A stretch of 39,483 nt of DNA from a virus. Taxonomy: Duplodnaviria > Heunggongvirae > Uroviricota > Caudoviricetes. Below the pieces are notes generated by a model. It was not told the origin of the DNA. It ran no database searches and saw only the letters and a program-made list of their open reading frames with translations. Shown here piece after piece: positions 1 through 10,353 of this stretch; the first letter of the stretch is position 1, and each line of letters begins with the position of its first letter. A program made the translations under genes and the position numbers. The DNA lies in IMG/VR virus record IMGVR_UViG_2563366928_000012, positions 1 to 39,483 of that record; one strand, 5' to 3'.

Positions 1-2946
1 TTAGTGCTTCCCTTCTATTAAGTCTAACCTAGCTTTTATCTTATCCATTTCTCTGCGCTGCCATGCCGCCTCGATATAGAATAAGAGATCAGGTCTGACC
101 CCCCATCTAGATCCTGCTGGCGTTATTTCAACGCGCTCAATGATGTCTTCTATTACCATCACTGGATTATCATCCTCATCAACAATGATGCTCCCGTCAT
201 TATCAGTCAGCGGCATTTCCCTTTGGCCAGTAATGACGTCATCATATACTGCGGGATAATCGTCATAGCAAAGAAAGGCATAGCGGCATGTTGTGCTTTC
301 TTCTTCCATGAGTCCGTGAGAAATAAGAACATCACGAAGTTGCTGCGCGATTACACCATGATGTATCCTCGCCCCTTCTTCCCCCTTTATAGCGACAGCG
401 TTCAGCCATTTATAAGCGATATACCTGACGTCACCCCAGGCATCCAGCAATGCTTCGTCAGGAGAGACCGGCTCTGTCTTTAATGTTCCGTCACTGGTAA
501 CCACAGGATTGGAGCCAAGATAAACTGTCGAGAACCTGTTTCCCGGACCACCAAGAGCATTTACATTATCAAGATAAGGTTTAACATCTCCGTTCTCAAA
601 AAGATGTTCGAGTGCGTTATATACCGCGCGACGTGGAGTACTGCTTCTGGAACCATGCAACGTTATCATTGCACCATCTGCTGAAGACGTTGTTTCACCG
701 CCGCTAACGATTAATCTCTGAGCGGTAACATCATCAGACGGTACTTTCTTCGCAATAATGGCGTAATTACCCTCAAGTTTGACTTCCGCGCGAACTTGTC
801 CTGATGTACCTGCATGGACAGTCAGTGACTGGACGGCAACATCATCTGTGAAATCAACGGGTACAGGAACCGTCCTCACGCCTGACGTCGACATAAAAGT
901 AGGAAGCGTTCTGTTAGGAGTGGCTCCGTAGACAAAATCCCTTGAAACAAATTCTTCCTGTTTAATTTTCACCCTGAAACAATACAAATCAGCCGGGTGA
1001 CCATCGTGAACATAAGGATATTTTCTGTTGTTATCCCCTATGCTCCATGGGTTTAGAAAGTCTTCCCCACCGAAAATGTAGTACAGCCAGTTGTCTTTGA
1101 TACAAACTGAACCAACACCAACCGCAGAGTTAACTATTCCGCCCTGATAAATCTGATCAGTAACATTAACCCACTCTACATTATCCAGACTCCACTCATT
1201 GACGTTAACTCTGGTCATAAATGTTCTTGGATAATTTCCTGCATAACGGTTATCAGGTTCTCCTCCTTCCCACTCACCAAATGCGCGCTCACTGCCAAAA
1301 ATAATCAGCTCATCGCCAACTTTGGCAAAAGGAAGGTTTGAGTGATGAACATTATTTGGGAAGCGAAGAGAATTCCATGATGTACCTAAATCAGAGCTTC
1401 TGTGCAATGAACTACCGGGTTGAGTACTTAATGTCCCCCTGGTCGTCAGATACAGAATGCCATCATAATATTTTACACATGGCTCAGATGCATTCGCCTC
1501 ATATTCTACAGGTATGCGTCTGCGAACAAAGCTACCAGGAGAACCGAAAGCATCAGAGAAATAGAGTATCCCAAGCTCGCGTGGACCAATATCACCATTA
1601 TGGTAGCCAACAGCAAAACTGTTATCGCTAATCGTCGCAAAACTGTGAATCTCAGTAACAGGAGTGCTTCCGTCAACAAAAGAAGGAATAGTTCCAAGAC
1701 TGGTTTTTCTCCATGGTGACGAGTGAAATGATGTGCCAAAACTCCAGTATCTACCCTCGTTATTCTGATCCACATCCTGGGTATTTTGCGTCGTAACTGT
1801 AAAGGTATTTTTATCAATAACAGTAGTCACCGTCATATTCCCGGTAACACCTGTAACACCAGAGTTTGAGAAGTTGACAAAATCACCAGCAAATAATCCG
1901 TGATCAGTAATGCGAATATAAGCGACTTGCTGATTTGCTGCTTTCGTTATACCACCATAAACGCGAAGGCTGCGACTCATTGGGCGATCCCACAACTCTG
2001 CAACCTGCAGTTTATTTCCTCTCACGGTCCGCGTCTCAATTACAGCAAAAAGGCGATTTCTGACAACCCCCATACTCATGCAGTGATAGTTAACTGTGGG
2101 ATAGTTTTCATGTAAATCTGTAAGCCATTCCGGCGTTGTCCAGGTCTTCCCGTCATCTCCTGAGCGAACCCATGCAACATGGAGGTTATTTACACCATGG
2201 CGGTCTCCAGCCATAAAAGGCGCATAGATGACATTGTCATATACAAACGTTTTATCCTGCGTCCAGGCGTTGTACCACGGTGTATCTGTAATTTTAAATA
2301 ACTCTCCCTGGATAAAATCTTCAGAAGCATAAAAAAGAGGCTGACCCGGTATTCTCTCAAATAAAAAACGAGCATTTTTAAATCGACTGACATCTGGAAG
2401 AGTTGATACTTTAAAAGTAAGCCCTCGCCCATCTATCTTTTCACCACCTGTTGCAACAGAAAGTAATTCTGATAGAGCTGATGTATCATCATGAACACCA
2501 TCACCAATAGCCCCCCAACCTCTTACATCATAACTGTCTCTCCATCTTGCTATCTGAAGTTTTGGGTATTTATTCGCTCCATCTGGGTCTTCTAATTGCC
2601 GCCGTAACTGATCAGGATCATACTTCAGCACATTCGGAAAATAGAACTGCTGCGCACCATACGCATCATAAACAGCCATAGAATGGCCTTGCACAGTTAC
2701 GAATTTGGCAATCTGTCCGTTATATACAGGATATCCAGCAGCGTTAATGATGATTGGTTGCGAAACAGGAACGTGAGAGCCGTCTTCGTTTTCCACATAA
2801 ACCTGAATCTGGTTTTCAGGATTTACAGGGTCAGTGTCAATTTTACCGATATAAATTTTGCCATTGGCTACGGCTTTAAAAGAACGCGCCATAGTGAAGA
2901 GTTGCGAAGGCATCGATACGATCACATTGGCTGTAATGTCTCTCAT
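1..2946 (-). CDS. Tailspike: P22-type head-binding N-terminus fused to endo-N-acylneuraminidase (endosialidase) with C-terminal intramolecular chaperone domain
   Basis: 981 aa ORF. N-terminus [11 protein letters not shown]...[21 protein letters not shown] matches recalled P22 gp9 head-binding domain. Sialidase Asp-box motifs SGDDGKTW and SSDLGTSW. C-terminal region resembles the autocleaving chaperone domain of endosialidase tailspikes. GGAG RBS upstream of ATG at 2946. Confidence 0.8.
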   Translation of the reverse strand: MRDITANVIVSMPSQLFTMARSFKAVANGKIYIGKIDTDPVNPENQIQVYVENEDGSHVPVSQPIIINAAGYPVYNGQIAKFVTVQGHSMAVYDAYGAQQFYFPNVLKYDPDQLRRQLEDPDGANKYPKLQIARWRDSYDVRGWGAIGDGVHDDTSALSELLSVATGGEKIDGRGLTFKVSTLPDVSRFKNARFLFERIPGQPLFYASEDFIQGELFKITDTPWYNAWTQDKTFVYDNVIYAPFMAGDRHGVNNLHVAWVRSGDDGKTWTTPEWLTDLHENYPTVNYHCMSMGVVRNRLFAVIETRTVRGNKLQVAELWDRPMSRSLRVYGGITKAANQQVAYIRITDHGLFAGDFVNFSNSGVTGVTGNMTVTTVIDKNTFTVTTQNTQDVDQNNEGRYWSFGTSFHSSPWRKTSLGTIPSFVDGSTPVTEIHSFATISDNSFAVGYHNGDIGPRELGILYFSDAFGSPGSFVRRRIPVEYEANASEPCVKYYDGILYLTTRGTLSTQPGSSLHRSSDLGTSWNSLRFPNNVHHSNLPFAKVGDELIIFGSERAFGEWEGGEPDNRYAGNYPRTFMTRVNVNEWSLDNVEWVNVTDQIYQGGIVNSAVGVGSVCIKDNWLYYIFGGEDFLNPWSIGDNNRKYPYVHDGHPADLYCFRVKIKQEEFVSRDFVYGATPNRTLPTFMSTSGVRTVPVPVDFTDDVAVQSLTVHAGTSGQVRAEVKLEGNYAIIAKKVPSDDVTAQRLIVSGGETTSSADGAMITLHGSRSSTPRRAVYNALEHLFENGDVKPYLDNVNALGGPGNRFSTVYLGSNPVVTSDGTLKTEPVSPDEALLDAWGDVRYIAYKWLNAVAIKGEEGARIHHGVIAQQLRDVLISHGLMEEESTTCRYAFLCYDDYPAVYDDVITGQREMPLTDNDGSIIVDEDDNPVMVIEDIIERVEITPAGSRWGVRPDLLFYIEAAWQRREMDKIKARLDLIEGKH

Positions 2947-3002
2947 TTAATTTGCTCCAGACACAAGGAATCGCCGCAGCATGGCTACGGTGAATTTTGG
3001 GC

Positions 3003-3029
3003 ATAAAAAAACCCAGCCGAAGCTGGGTC
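3003..3029 (-). terminator. Intrinsic terminator between ant and tailspike
   Basis: Minus-strand hairpin ACCCAGC-TTCG-GCTGGGT followed by TTTTTTTAT. Confidence 0.5.
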
Positions 3030-3046
3030 GTTGCGTTGGTTATCTG

Positions 3047-3949
3047 TCAGTAGTTATGTACTGAAGGAGGTAATTCTTTATTCTTAAGTCTCATCCATGC
3101 GGAAAGATTCGTTGGTCCGTCTGGCTCATTAATATCAACATCTCGTGTATGGTTGATTAAAACATCTCTCGCTATATCGATAATACGGGAGAACTCATAA
3201 CCGCAGTCATGACATCTGCCGGAATAGTTCGATTGAATTTGTTTCAGCGCCGGATACAGTTCGCGGAATAATGCCTGTGAGCGGTTGGCATAATCCCATA
3301 ACCATACAAGGCTGTTTGCTTCTTTTGCAGAAAGCTCGTTGACTTTCCTCTCTTGTTTGCCAATGAACTCACCTTCAAGCACTACCCTGTGGATGTACTC
3401 TACGGCTTGCGGTATCTGAGATGCATCAAGCTCTTCAATACTTTCCACATTGAAACGCTGATGAATCATTGCATAAGCTTCTGGGTACATTAGATGCTTT
3501 TTGCTGACCAGCATATTTACAGCATCACGAAGCGGAGTCCTGTCATCAACAGATGTTTTCTTACGTGCATTTTCTGCCTTTCCCTTTGTCCAGTAGTCAT
3601 GCAGCACAGTAAAGCATTCTTCCTGGTACTGAATCAGTTTATCGCGGATGTCAGCACGAACTTTCTCGGGGTTGATGCTGAACAGCCATCCATTTAACTT
3701 CTTCAAAGGAAGGCAGAGTAGCTTACGAAGCTTTCCATCAGCAGCAACCATATTCATATGAATACAGTTGAACTTATCTAGTTGTTTCATAAGTTTTTGT
3801 TGCTGAGTACCCCAGCTCATTCCGAGGTTTTCAACGATTGGCTTCATCGCAACATATGCAACTCCGGCAGCCATGGCGGTGATAATTTGCTGACCGTTGA
3901 ATGGTACGTAAGAGGTGTTCACTGCTTCTAAAATTGCTATACTATTCAT
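3047..3949 (-). CDS. ant: Antirepressor Ant (immI)
   Basis: 300 aa from internal ATG ([10 protein letters not shown]...) with GGAGAA RBS; position downstream of arc and upstream of tailspike as in P22. The longer track ORF start at 4015 is judged read-through. Confidence 0.7.
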   Translation of the reverse strand: MNSIAILEAVNTSYVPFNGQQIITAMAAGVAYVAMKPIVENLGMSWGTQQQKLMKQLDKFNCIHMNMVAADGKLRKLLCLPLKKLNGWLFSINPEKVRADIRDKLIQYQEECFTVLHDYWTKGKAENARKKTSVDDRTPLRDAVNMLVSKKHLMYPEAYAMIHQRFNVESIEELDASQIPQAVEYIHRVVLEGEFIGKQERKVNELSAKEANSLVWLWDYANRSQALFRELYPALKQIQSNYSGRCHDCGYEFSRIIDIARDVLINHTRDVDINEPDGPTNLSAWMRLKNKELPPSVHNY

Positions 3950-4011
3950 GTTGGTTTTTCTCCACGGATTTACTGACAACCGAAGCCCTGACTGTTCCCG
4001 CAGTTGGGGCT

Positions 4012-4215
4012 TCAACTTTCTGATCTATCAGTTATATCTTTCCCTTCATATACTTCACCTATATTGCTAATGCTGGCAGAACATCCAAGATGCTTGTATC
4101 TTATGATGTCCAACACGCAGTCACTACACAGCATCCGACCTGTTTCTTTAGAGTAAATGTATGTTTGATCAGCGTCTGATTCGCTAATGCCGCAGAAACA
4201 ACATTCTTTACTCAT
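4012..4215 (-). CDS. Small Cys-rich (zinc-ribbon-like) protein inserted between arc and ant
   Basis: 67 aa with CCFCG, CSDC and a further Cys. Start ATG overlaps the arc stop (ATGA), suggesting translational coupling. Confidence 0.45.
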   Translation of the reverse strand: MSKECCFCGISESDADQTYIYSKETGRMLCSDCVLDIIRYKHLGCSASISNIGEVYEGKDITDRSES

Positions 4216-4364
4216 ACCATTACCCCCTCTCTCTTCAAGCTGTCTATCAGGCGCTTGATAACCTCTGAGTTAAACGACCTGCACTCTTCCTTTGCCCTGC
4301 TACCTATAGCATCCTTTAACGACTGCGGCATCCTTACCAAAATCTTACTTATTTCTTTCTCCAT
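4212..4364 (-). CDS. arc: Arc-like ribbon-helix-helix repressor
   Basis: 50 aa from ATG with GGAGGG RBS; motif CRSFNSEVIKRLIDSLKREG resembles P22 Arc (RSVNSE motif). Confidence 0.75.
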   Translation of the reverse strand: MEKEISKILVRMPQSLKDAIGSRAKEECRSFNSEVIKRLIDSLKREGVMV

Positions 4365-4400
4365 GTTACCCTCCACACAAACAACTCTTTTCGAATACAA

Positions 4401-4478
4401 AAGATATCAAAGTGAGTATATCTAGTCAAAATTTTTTTGCATACACTTTGCTATCAAATTGAATACCAAAGGTGTGAT
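4401..4478. promoter_or_regulatory. Divergent arc/ant and mnt promoter-operator region
   Basis: Intergenic region between divergent arc and mnt; contains inverted repeat CAAAGTG ... CACTTTG and a GATATC palindrome. Confidence 0.4.
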
Positions 4479-4727
4479 ATGGCAAAGGGTGTGTCAATTT
4501 CTCCAACTACGGTAAGAATCCCTGAATCTTTACGCGAGGCTCTTGCTGTCAGAGCATCAAAAAATGGTCGCTCTGTTAACTCCGAGATCGTCATGATTTT
4601 GCAAGCCGCGATTGATGAAGATAGGTCGCCAAAGTCAGTTGAGTCATTTGCTCAGCAAGAAGCTGACAAATTCAAAGAGGCGCTGCTTGAGACGCTAAAG
4701 ACCATGTATGGTAAGGATGAAAAATAA
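4479..4727 (+). CDS. mnt: Mnt-like repressor
   Basis: Starts MAKGVSISPTTVRIPESLREALAVRASKNGRSVNSEIV; RHH with GRSVNSE motif as in P22 Mnt/Arc family. Stop overlaps next ATG by one base. Confidence 0.75.
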   Translation: MAKGVSISPTTVRIPESLREALAVRASKNGRSVNSEIVMILQAAIDEDRSPKSVESFAQQEADKFKEALLETLKTMYGKDEK

Positions 4728-5263
4728 TGCTGCACACAATTCATTTCTTATGCCCCGTTAACACTGCCACTGTTGGGCAACTTCAGAACCACTGTCTCAC
4801 CGCATTATCTCAAGGCGCAACTGAATTAAATATCCATATATCAAGTCAGGGAGGGGAAACTGCCGCTGGCTTTACTGCGTATAACTTTCTTAAGTCACTC
4901 CCTGTTACCGTTAGAACTCACAACATAAGCAATGTTGAATCCATAGCTAATATCGTTTTCCTGGCTGGCTCAGAACGTTTCGCAAACCCATTATCAAGAT
5001 TCCTGTTACATCCTCTATTATGGTGCTTTGCCTCCCCAGCCGCCGACCATGCCAGATTGAGAGAGTACGGGAAATGCCTCGATAACGATCTTGATCGCTT
5101 CGTTGAGACGTTCAATATCGACATCGGAACCCATATTAGGTGGGCATCCCTGATAGCAGACTCGACCATTTTGGATGCTAACAAGGCTCTTGAGCATGGC
5201 ATAATTAATTCCATAAAAACTGCAAGGCTGGCATCCAATCAGGCAAACTGGTGGGTTGTTTGA
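4727..5263 (+). CDS. ClpP-like (S14 Clp-fold) serine protease homolog
   Basis: 178 aa. ISSQGGETAAGFTAYNFL...SIANIVFLAGSERF...LLHP aligns by eye with ClpP (INSPGGVITAG...SMGAFLLTAG...MIHQP), with Ser and His conserved. Coupled to mnt. Confidence 0.55.
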   Translation: MLHTIHFLCPVNTATVGQLQNHCLTALSQGATELNIHISSQGGETAAGFTAYNFLKSLPVTVRTHNISNVESIANIVFLAGSERFANPLSRFLLHPLLWCFASPAADHARLREYGKCLDNDLDRFVETFNIDIGTHIRWASLIADSTILDANKALEHGIINSIKTARLASNQANWWVV

Positions 5264-5286
5264 TGGGTAAATCATGATTACTCCTT

Positions 5287-5320
5287 ATAAAAAACCCACC
5301 TGACGGTGGGATTTTCTTAT
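5287..5320. terminator. Bidirectional intrinsic terminator between convergent genes
   Basis: AAAAAA-CCCACC-TGAC-GGTGGG-ATTTTCTTATT; A-run upstream and T-run downstream of the stem. Confidence 0.6.
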
Positions 5321-6309
5321 TCTTTATCTTTTAAGTCTATGGTTCTTTGTCCAATAACCTTTTCATCTATGTATTTCTCATACTCTTCTCGAGTATCAGA
5401 AACCATTGCAATACCAGTAACCTTACCTATTTGGGTTCTAAGAGCCTTAACTCCAACCTCTGATAAAAACTGGTGTATTTTATCGTTTTTGCTGCCTTTT
5501 TCTTCTTTTGACGTTTTTGCTAAATTAAATACCTTTCCTTCACTTCTGGCTAATGGGTAATAAATGTGATCTATCGTAAGATATTTAAACGCCCATGGTC
5601 GCCCTCTAACTGGTTTGTCTATACCATACAGACGATACCAATGCTCATAAAGTTCAGGGGTGAACTCTCTTTCATACTCACGAGCCTCTTCAGCAACATA
5701 TCGCTTATATGCTTGAATTACCTCTTCTTTTGTTCTGTCATACCCTGCCAAAGCATAAACAAGCCCCTGAATGCCCGCCTTGGCTGATGCATCAATAATG
5801 ATTCTGGCTTGCTTAGCAATCCCTTCCTGACTGGAAAGCAACTTACCTTCAGCTTTAGCATTAGAGATTGCTCGACATAAATCAATTAATATTGTTACAT
5901 CGTAGCCATGTATTACAGGATTAGCTGGAGTGTTCGTGCCCGCCTGTTTGTATTGAAAAATAAGAGGATTTTCAAGTTTTGCCCTTAATTCATGCCCGAT
6001 ATACTGAGAAATAGTTTTCCCCTGAATAAACTTTGGCAACCTGCTGCCACCTTCGCCAAGACCAATCGCTTCTCCCATGCCTCTCTGGCTAATAACGGCA
6101 GTTTTGTTATCATCATTTAACACATAGCACTCAACATCAATCCCGAATTCATGCTGGAACGATCCCTTATGCGTAGCAATTAATGGTTTATCCTTCCATC
6201 TTGCAGCCGCTGCTTTCTTTGCTATTTCAGAACGCTGCTCTTTAGTCAGCGACTTTGCGCGAGCGATACCGCCCTTAGCTTTCCCTTCGCCACTTTTCTT
6301 TTCAGTCAT
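5317..6309 (-). CDS. Hypothetical 330-aa protein with basic N-terminal putative DNA-binding region (accessory cargo)
   Basis: Start MTEKKSGEGKAKGGIARAKSLTKEQRSEIAKKAAAARW; rest not recognised with certainty. Longer track ORF start at 6384 rejected. Confidence 0.55.
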   Translation of the reverse strand: MTEKKSGEGKAKGGIARAKSLTKEQRSEIAKKAAAARWKDKPLIATHKGSFQHEFGIDVECYVLNDDNKTAVISQRGMGEAIGLGEGGSRLPKFIQGKTISQYIGHELRAKLENPLIFQYKQAGTNTPANPVIHGYDVTILIDLCRAISNAKAEGKLLSSQEGIAKQARIIIDASAKAGIQGLVYALAGYDRTKEEVIQAYKRYVAEEAREYEREFTPELYEHWYRLYGIDKPVRGRPWAFKYLTIDHIYYPLARSEGKVFNLAKTSKEEKGSKNDKIHQFLSEVGVKALRTQIGKVTGIAMVSDTREEYEKYIDEKVIGQRTIDLKDKE

Positions 6310-6310
6310 A

Positions 6311-6400
6311 ATGCAAGCACCTTTATTGTGATGTATGCTTGCATTATATGCACTGTACACACATACAAGCAAGCATAAAACCAAAACAAAATGCTTGCAT
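6311..6400. promoter_or_regulatory. Operator-like inverted repeat array in divergent promoter region
   Basis: Four copies of an 8-9 bp motif as two inverted pairs: ATGCAAGCA (6311-6319) / TGCTTGCAT (6336-6344) and GCAAGCAT (6369-6376) / ATGCTTGC (6391-6398). Confidence 0.5.
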
Positions 6401-6465
6401 TACAACCGCGCTACTCCAACTACACATTATCATCTGGTATCCTGAGCAAAACTAAGGAGGTTGGT

Positions 6466-6795
6466 GTGCTTGAATGGTTTCTGTTGGCTGCATTAGTCGT
6501 TTCTGGTTTGGTGTATGAGTATCGAATGCACTCTCTAACAAAAAAAATAGGAATTCTAGAAAACGAATATTGTGCTCTCAAATCCTCACTGGAACGTGAG
6601 CAAGGGGACTTAAAAATCTCTCTGTCTAGCATTGAGCGTTCTATAGAGAGCTTAGAGGATAAGGTTGATCGTATAAAGAATGAGGATATTCATGATATTA
6701 AGGACGACATATCCTTCTTAAAATCTTGGTTGAAAAATGTTGGGAAAATTGCCACATCAACACGAGATAAGCTCAATCCATCCATGGATGACTAA
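6466..6795 (+). CDS. Small membrane-anchored coiled-coil protein (accessory cargo)
   Basis: GTG start 5 nt after AGGAGG RBS; N-terminal hydrophobic helix LEWFLLAALVVSGLVYEY followed by charged heptad-like region. Converges on gp16 stop. Confidence 0.5.
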   Translation: MLEWFLLAALVVSGLVYEYRMHSLTKKIGILENEYCALKSSLEREQGDLKISLSSIERSIESLEDKVDRIKNEDIHDIKDDISFLKSWLKNVGKIATSTRDKLNPSMDD

Positions 6796-8931
6796 TTACT
6801 CCTGTGCCATTCCGCTTAGCGATGCCACAATTCCAGCTCTTGCTAAACGCTGGAACTCTTCGTTTCCTAGTGCCTCGCGTATTGCTTTTACGGCGGCCTT
6901 ATTTGCCATAAATCTGCGTTCCGCCGCCGCTAATGCGCCATCACTTGCCCCAACCTTAACTGCCTTTGTTGCCTCTTGAACAGCCTTTTCAATAGCGTAA
7001 CGACCGCTTCTAGTTGCGGATAATTTCGCTATCGCTCCTTTTGCCATTGCATCAATTGCCCCACCTGCAGCGCCACCCGCTATTGCTCCAATAACGCCTC
7101 CTCCAGAGAACCCTGCGATAGTGCCAGTAGTTCTAAAAGCGCCAGACAATGCGCTCTCTAAAACTGGATGAAGGCCATTCTCAAGAGTGCTAATGGCTGG
7201 CATAGATCGCCCTGTCTGTTCAACATATCGAAGTGGCTTTGTTGCTGCTCGTGCAAGTTCTCCGTATGAACTTGTAATCCTGCCAAGTTCTGGAGAATAT
7301 CGACTAATTGCCTTCACGTTTTGTGGGGTAAGAATAGTCGCGATATGCTTAATTCCAGCCTCTTCAGACTTACCTCCGCGTACCCCTTGCGATACCGCAT
7401 CTTGTAATATTGATGCAATTGCTGGCGCGCGTTCCGACTCAGGTAGGGCGCTTATTATTTTATGGAACTGACCTGTTCCACTTTTTGCTGAACCCTGCAA
7501 CGCCTTAGAGCCATTAGTTACCAACTGATCAGTTGCAAGGTCTCTACCAAACGCTGCTTCAGCCTGTTCTTGTGCTGTAAATCTTGCTTTTGACAGATCA
7601 TTAGCTTTTTGCCAGTCATCAAGAAAACCGCCATTTTGAGCCATTATGCGCATATCTTCCGTTGCTGCATCACGAAGCTCAGCCATGCGCCTTGCCGTAT
7701 TTGCCTCACCAGACCTTATATACTTCTGCTCTGCGTCAGCAAGTTTACTTCGCCATGCCTTCATGGCATCAAACGTGATTCCTTTTTTACTAGTTTTAGC
7801 ATAAGCAGATGCGAATTGTTTCATCTCAGGAGTTAGCGGCATGCCGGCCAAAATATCACCCTGAATTGTAGCGTTCAGGTTTGACATTCTGGCCTTTGCG
7901 TCAGGCATCGTGGAGCGGACGCTATCCCATGCGGCCTTTTCTGAATTTTTCATTTTATCAATACTTGCCAAAACCCTTTGTTTTATGGCTGCACTTTTTT
8001 CTGATGCAGTTCCTGCTTCAGCCCCAAACTCATCCAATGCTGAGTTAAATTTCGACTCTATTTCACTGAATGCTTTGGTGTGTGCATCCTGTGTAATTCC
8101 GGGCTTTGACGCCAGAATCCCCTCCGCCTGAGCAAGACCACGACTACCTGATCTCATGCCAGGAGTTAATGCGTTGATATCTATTCCAGCAGTATCTGCT
8201 GCTTTTGCTATTTCGTCTGACACATTAGCTGACTGTCTGGCAATAATCTCTCTTCCTGTACCAGACTTTGCCATTTTCGAAACATCAGCAGCGGAATTTA
8301 TTGCCCCGCCACCAAGAACTTGAGGTGATTTAGAGGTTAAGATCCTTCCAGCCCCAGAAAGTATCCCCTGAGCACCAATATTGATACCACCGTTAATGGC
8401 AGCATTTTGTGCAAAGTCGCCCTCCTGATTTGCAGCATCAGCAAGAGAACCTGCAATCATGTTTCCTGCGGAACCGATATCTCCAGCGAGCTTTGCTGTC
8501 GCTCCAGCAGCTTTTGCCGCTGTGCCAATTGGCAGGAGATACCCACCAATTGTTTCACCGGCTTGCGCGTAAGGGTCTGTCGGTCGCTCGACAGGGCGAT
8601 AAACATCATCCAAAACCTTGGGGCCACCAAGCCCCTGGCTGATTGCATTAATCAGACTTGCGCCACCCTGCAATACGTCAAATGGTATGTTTACCAGACC
8701 ACGACCAGCCTGTTCTGCAATTTGCCCTGCACTTTGACCACCAGTGAGCCAATCGCCAGCTTGTTGCATCAATGATGGTTCTTCCCGTGTTGGTGCATTA
8801 TTGGCCTGATTAACTGTTTGTTGCTGAACAGCCTGACCAGCAAAATACTCATCAATGGCGGTGCCAATATCTTCCGTGCTCGTACCATCAGGAAAGGTAA
8901 ATGTCTTACCGTTTGCAGTAACTTTCATCAT
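6796..8931 (-). CDS. Ejection (injection) protein, P22 gp16-like
   Basis: 711 aa, Ala/Gly-rich, position after gp20 in the conserved P22 order 7-20-16. Confidence 0.65.
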   Translation of the reverse strand: MMKVTANGKTFTFPDGTSTEDIGTAIDEYFAGQAVQQQTVNQANNAPTREEPSLMQQAGDWLTGGQSAGQIAEQAGRGLVNIPFDVLQGGASLINAISQGLGGPKVLDDVYRPVERPTDPYAQAGETIGGYLLPIGTAAKAAGATAKLAGDIGSAGNMIAGSLADAANQEGDFAQNAAINGGINIGAQGILSGAGRILTSKSPQVLGGGAINSAADVSKMAKSGTGREIIARQSANVSDEIAKAADTAGIDINALTPGMRSGSRGLAQAEGILASKPGITQDAHTKAFSEIESKFNSALDEFGAEAGTASEKSAAIKQRVLASIDKMKNSEKAAWDSVRSTMPDAKARMSNLNATIQGDILAGMPLTPEMKQFASAYAKTSKKGITFDAMKAWRSKLADAEQKYIRSGEANTARRMAELRDAATEDMRIMAQNGGFLDDWQKANDLSKARFTAQEQAEAAFGRDLATDQLVTNGSKALQGSAKSGTGQFHKIISALPESERAPAIASILQDAVSQGVRGGKSEEAGIKHIATILTPQNVKAISRYSPELGRITSSYGELARAATKPLRYVEQTGRSMPAISTLENGLHPVLESALSGAFRTTGTIAGFSGGGVIGAIAGGAAGGAIDAMAKGAIAKLSATRSGRYAIEKAVQEATKAVKVGASDGALAAAERRFMANKAAVKAIREALGNEEFQRLARAGIVASLSGMAQE

Positions 8932-10343
8932 TCCACCGTAAATTGAATGCCTGATTTTGAGGTATATGATCCAACCTGATTCCGTGGTTCTCCTGAAGGT
9001 GTCGAATCTTGTGCTGGCGCTGCGTCAGTATTCAATGACATATACCGCTTAACGGCACTCCCCAATGATTCACCTTTTTTAACATCCAACCCCAATATCT
9101 GACCGCCATTACGCGATTGTCCAGGGTTGCCATTCGCGCTCATCCACTCGGCTTTAAACTCATTAAACTGCGCGTTTCGTCGCTCAAGGTTTGCCATTGC
9201 ATCAAGCCATCTTGCGACCGTCTCAGGGTTATCCATGTCAGTTGGCGCACCCTGTCGAACGATCTCAACGTCTTTATCCGTTGCTGGGCCGGGAGGTAGG
9301 AATTTAAGAACCTGACTGTTAACAAGGGCATTTTGGCGAATGCGCAAATCACGCAATGTCGTATCGCTTCCGGTAAGTTTTGCGAACATGTTCTGTGCGT
9401 TACCGAACAAACCTGTCGTTGGTTTTTCTGCTCTGAACTGTTGAGCAAGCGCACTCATGGAATTGGCTGAGTTTGATGATGCTGTGGCATTGTTTACAGC
9501 CGTCTCGATGCCTTTTTCCATGTTTACTGACAGCTTAGGTGCTTCGCTAATCAACTGCTGAGCCTTTTCCTGCGCTTGCTGCATCTTAAACCCAAACTCT
9601 TGCTGATCCAGAGCCAAGCGTTGTGCTGCGATATTGTGCCCAGTCATTGCTGACTGATAGGAAAGGTTTTGCCCTCTCGCCTGAAGTGCTTCTCCAGCCT
9701 GATTGCTGCGGATTGTCTCTGCCAGTCTGCCTCGGTCAATTTCACGACCAGCCATCTTGTCCTGAACAGCAAACGCCTTTTCTGGTCCAAGCGCACCGAG
9801 AGACATAGTAGTCAGCATGTGTGATAGCTGCTCTGGATTCTGGATACCTGTCTGAATCATCCAGTCAGCATTCGCCCCCACGCGATTTAACCTGTCCTTG
9901 TTGTCAGTAATGAATTTACTGTAGGCTTCCGGTCCCTGAGAAAGAGCGACGTTAGCCCTCATGGCTAAATCGCCCATATCGTTGCGTTGCTGCTCATTAA
10001 TACCGGAAAACGCCTGTTGTGCCTGCGCAACAAACGCTGGATTTTCCTGGGCAAACTTAAATAGTCCAGATGGATCACCAGAAGCCCATGCATCAGCGTG
10101 AACCTTATTGAACGCACTAATAGCTTTCTGTTGCTGTTCCTGCTTATAAATATCTGCAACTCCAGCCAGACCACGTAACGCGGTCAGACCAACGTTATTT
10201 GCACCTGATCGAGCCAGTTCATTGTTTTCGCGGATCAGACCAAGCGTTGCGTTAATGTCGCTTGCCTTTGGCGCATTCTCATTTTGCGTACCGATGCCAG
10301 CCAGAAAACCACCAGAATTAATACCCTGTTGCCAAGTAGCCAT
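8928..10343 (-). CDS. Ejection protein, P22 gp20-like
   Basis: 471 aa, matching size and position of P22 gp20. Confidence 0.65.
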   Translation of the reverse strand: MATWQQGINSGGFLAGIGTQNENAPKASDINATLGLIRENNELARSGANNVGLTALRGLAGVADIYKQEQQQKAISAFNKVHADAWASGDPSGLFKFAQENPAFVAQAQQAFSGINEQQRNDMGDLAMRANVALSQGPEAYSKFITDNKDRLNRVGANADWMIQTGIQNPEQLSHMLTTMSLGALGPEKAFAVQDKMAGREIDRGRLAETIRSNQAGEALQARGQNLSYQSAMTGHNIAAQRLALDQQEFGFKMQQAQEKAQQLISEAPKLSVNMEKGIETAVNNATASSNSANSMSALAQQFRAEKPTTGLFGNAQNMFAKLTGSDTTLRDLRIRQNALVNSQVLKFLPPGPATDKDVEIVRQGAPTDMDNPETVARWLDAMANLERRNAQFNEFKAEWMSANGNPGQSRNGGQILGLDVKKGESLGSAVKRYMSLNTDAAPAQDSTPSGEPRNQVGSYTSKSGIQFTVE

Positions 10344-10353
10344 TGATTACCCC

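Noticed and set aside
1-60. Capsule O-acetyltransferase with heptanucleotide repeats next to the endosialidase tailspike, as reported for some K1 prophages
   Set aside because: No tandem heptanucleotide repeat tract is present in the window; the window ends at the tailspike stop, so any such gene would lie outside.
223-2115. Several plus-strand ORFs (223-483, 1338-1631, 1900-2115) inside the tailspike gene
   Set aside because: They are antisense to a well-supported 981-aa coding region, have low-complexity translations and no RBS; treated as chance ORFs.
3047-4015. Longer 322-aa version of ant starting at the upstream ATG
   Set aside because: The internal ATG has a proper RBS and gives a 300-aa product that avoids overlap with the upstream small ORF; the extension looks like read-through.
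4727-5263. ClpP-like gene as a prohead maturation protease
   Set aside because: It is located in immI, coupled to mnt and far from the portal/scaffold/coat genes; P22-type capsids assemble with a scaffold and no protease.
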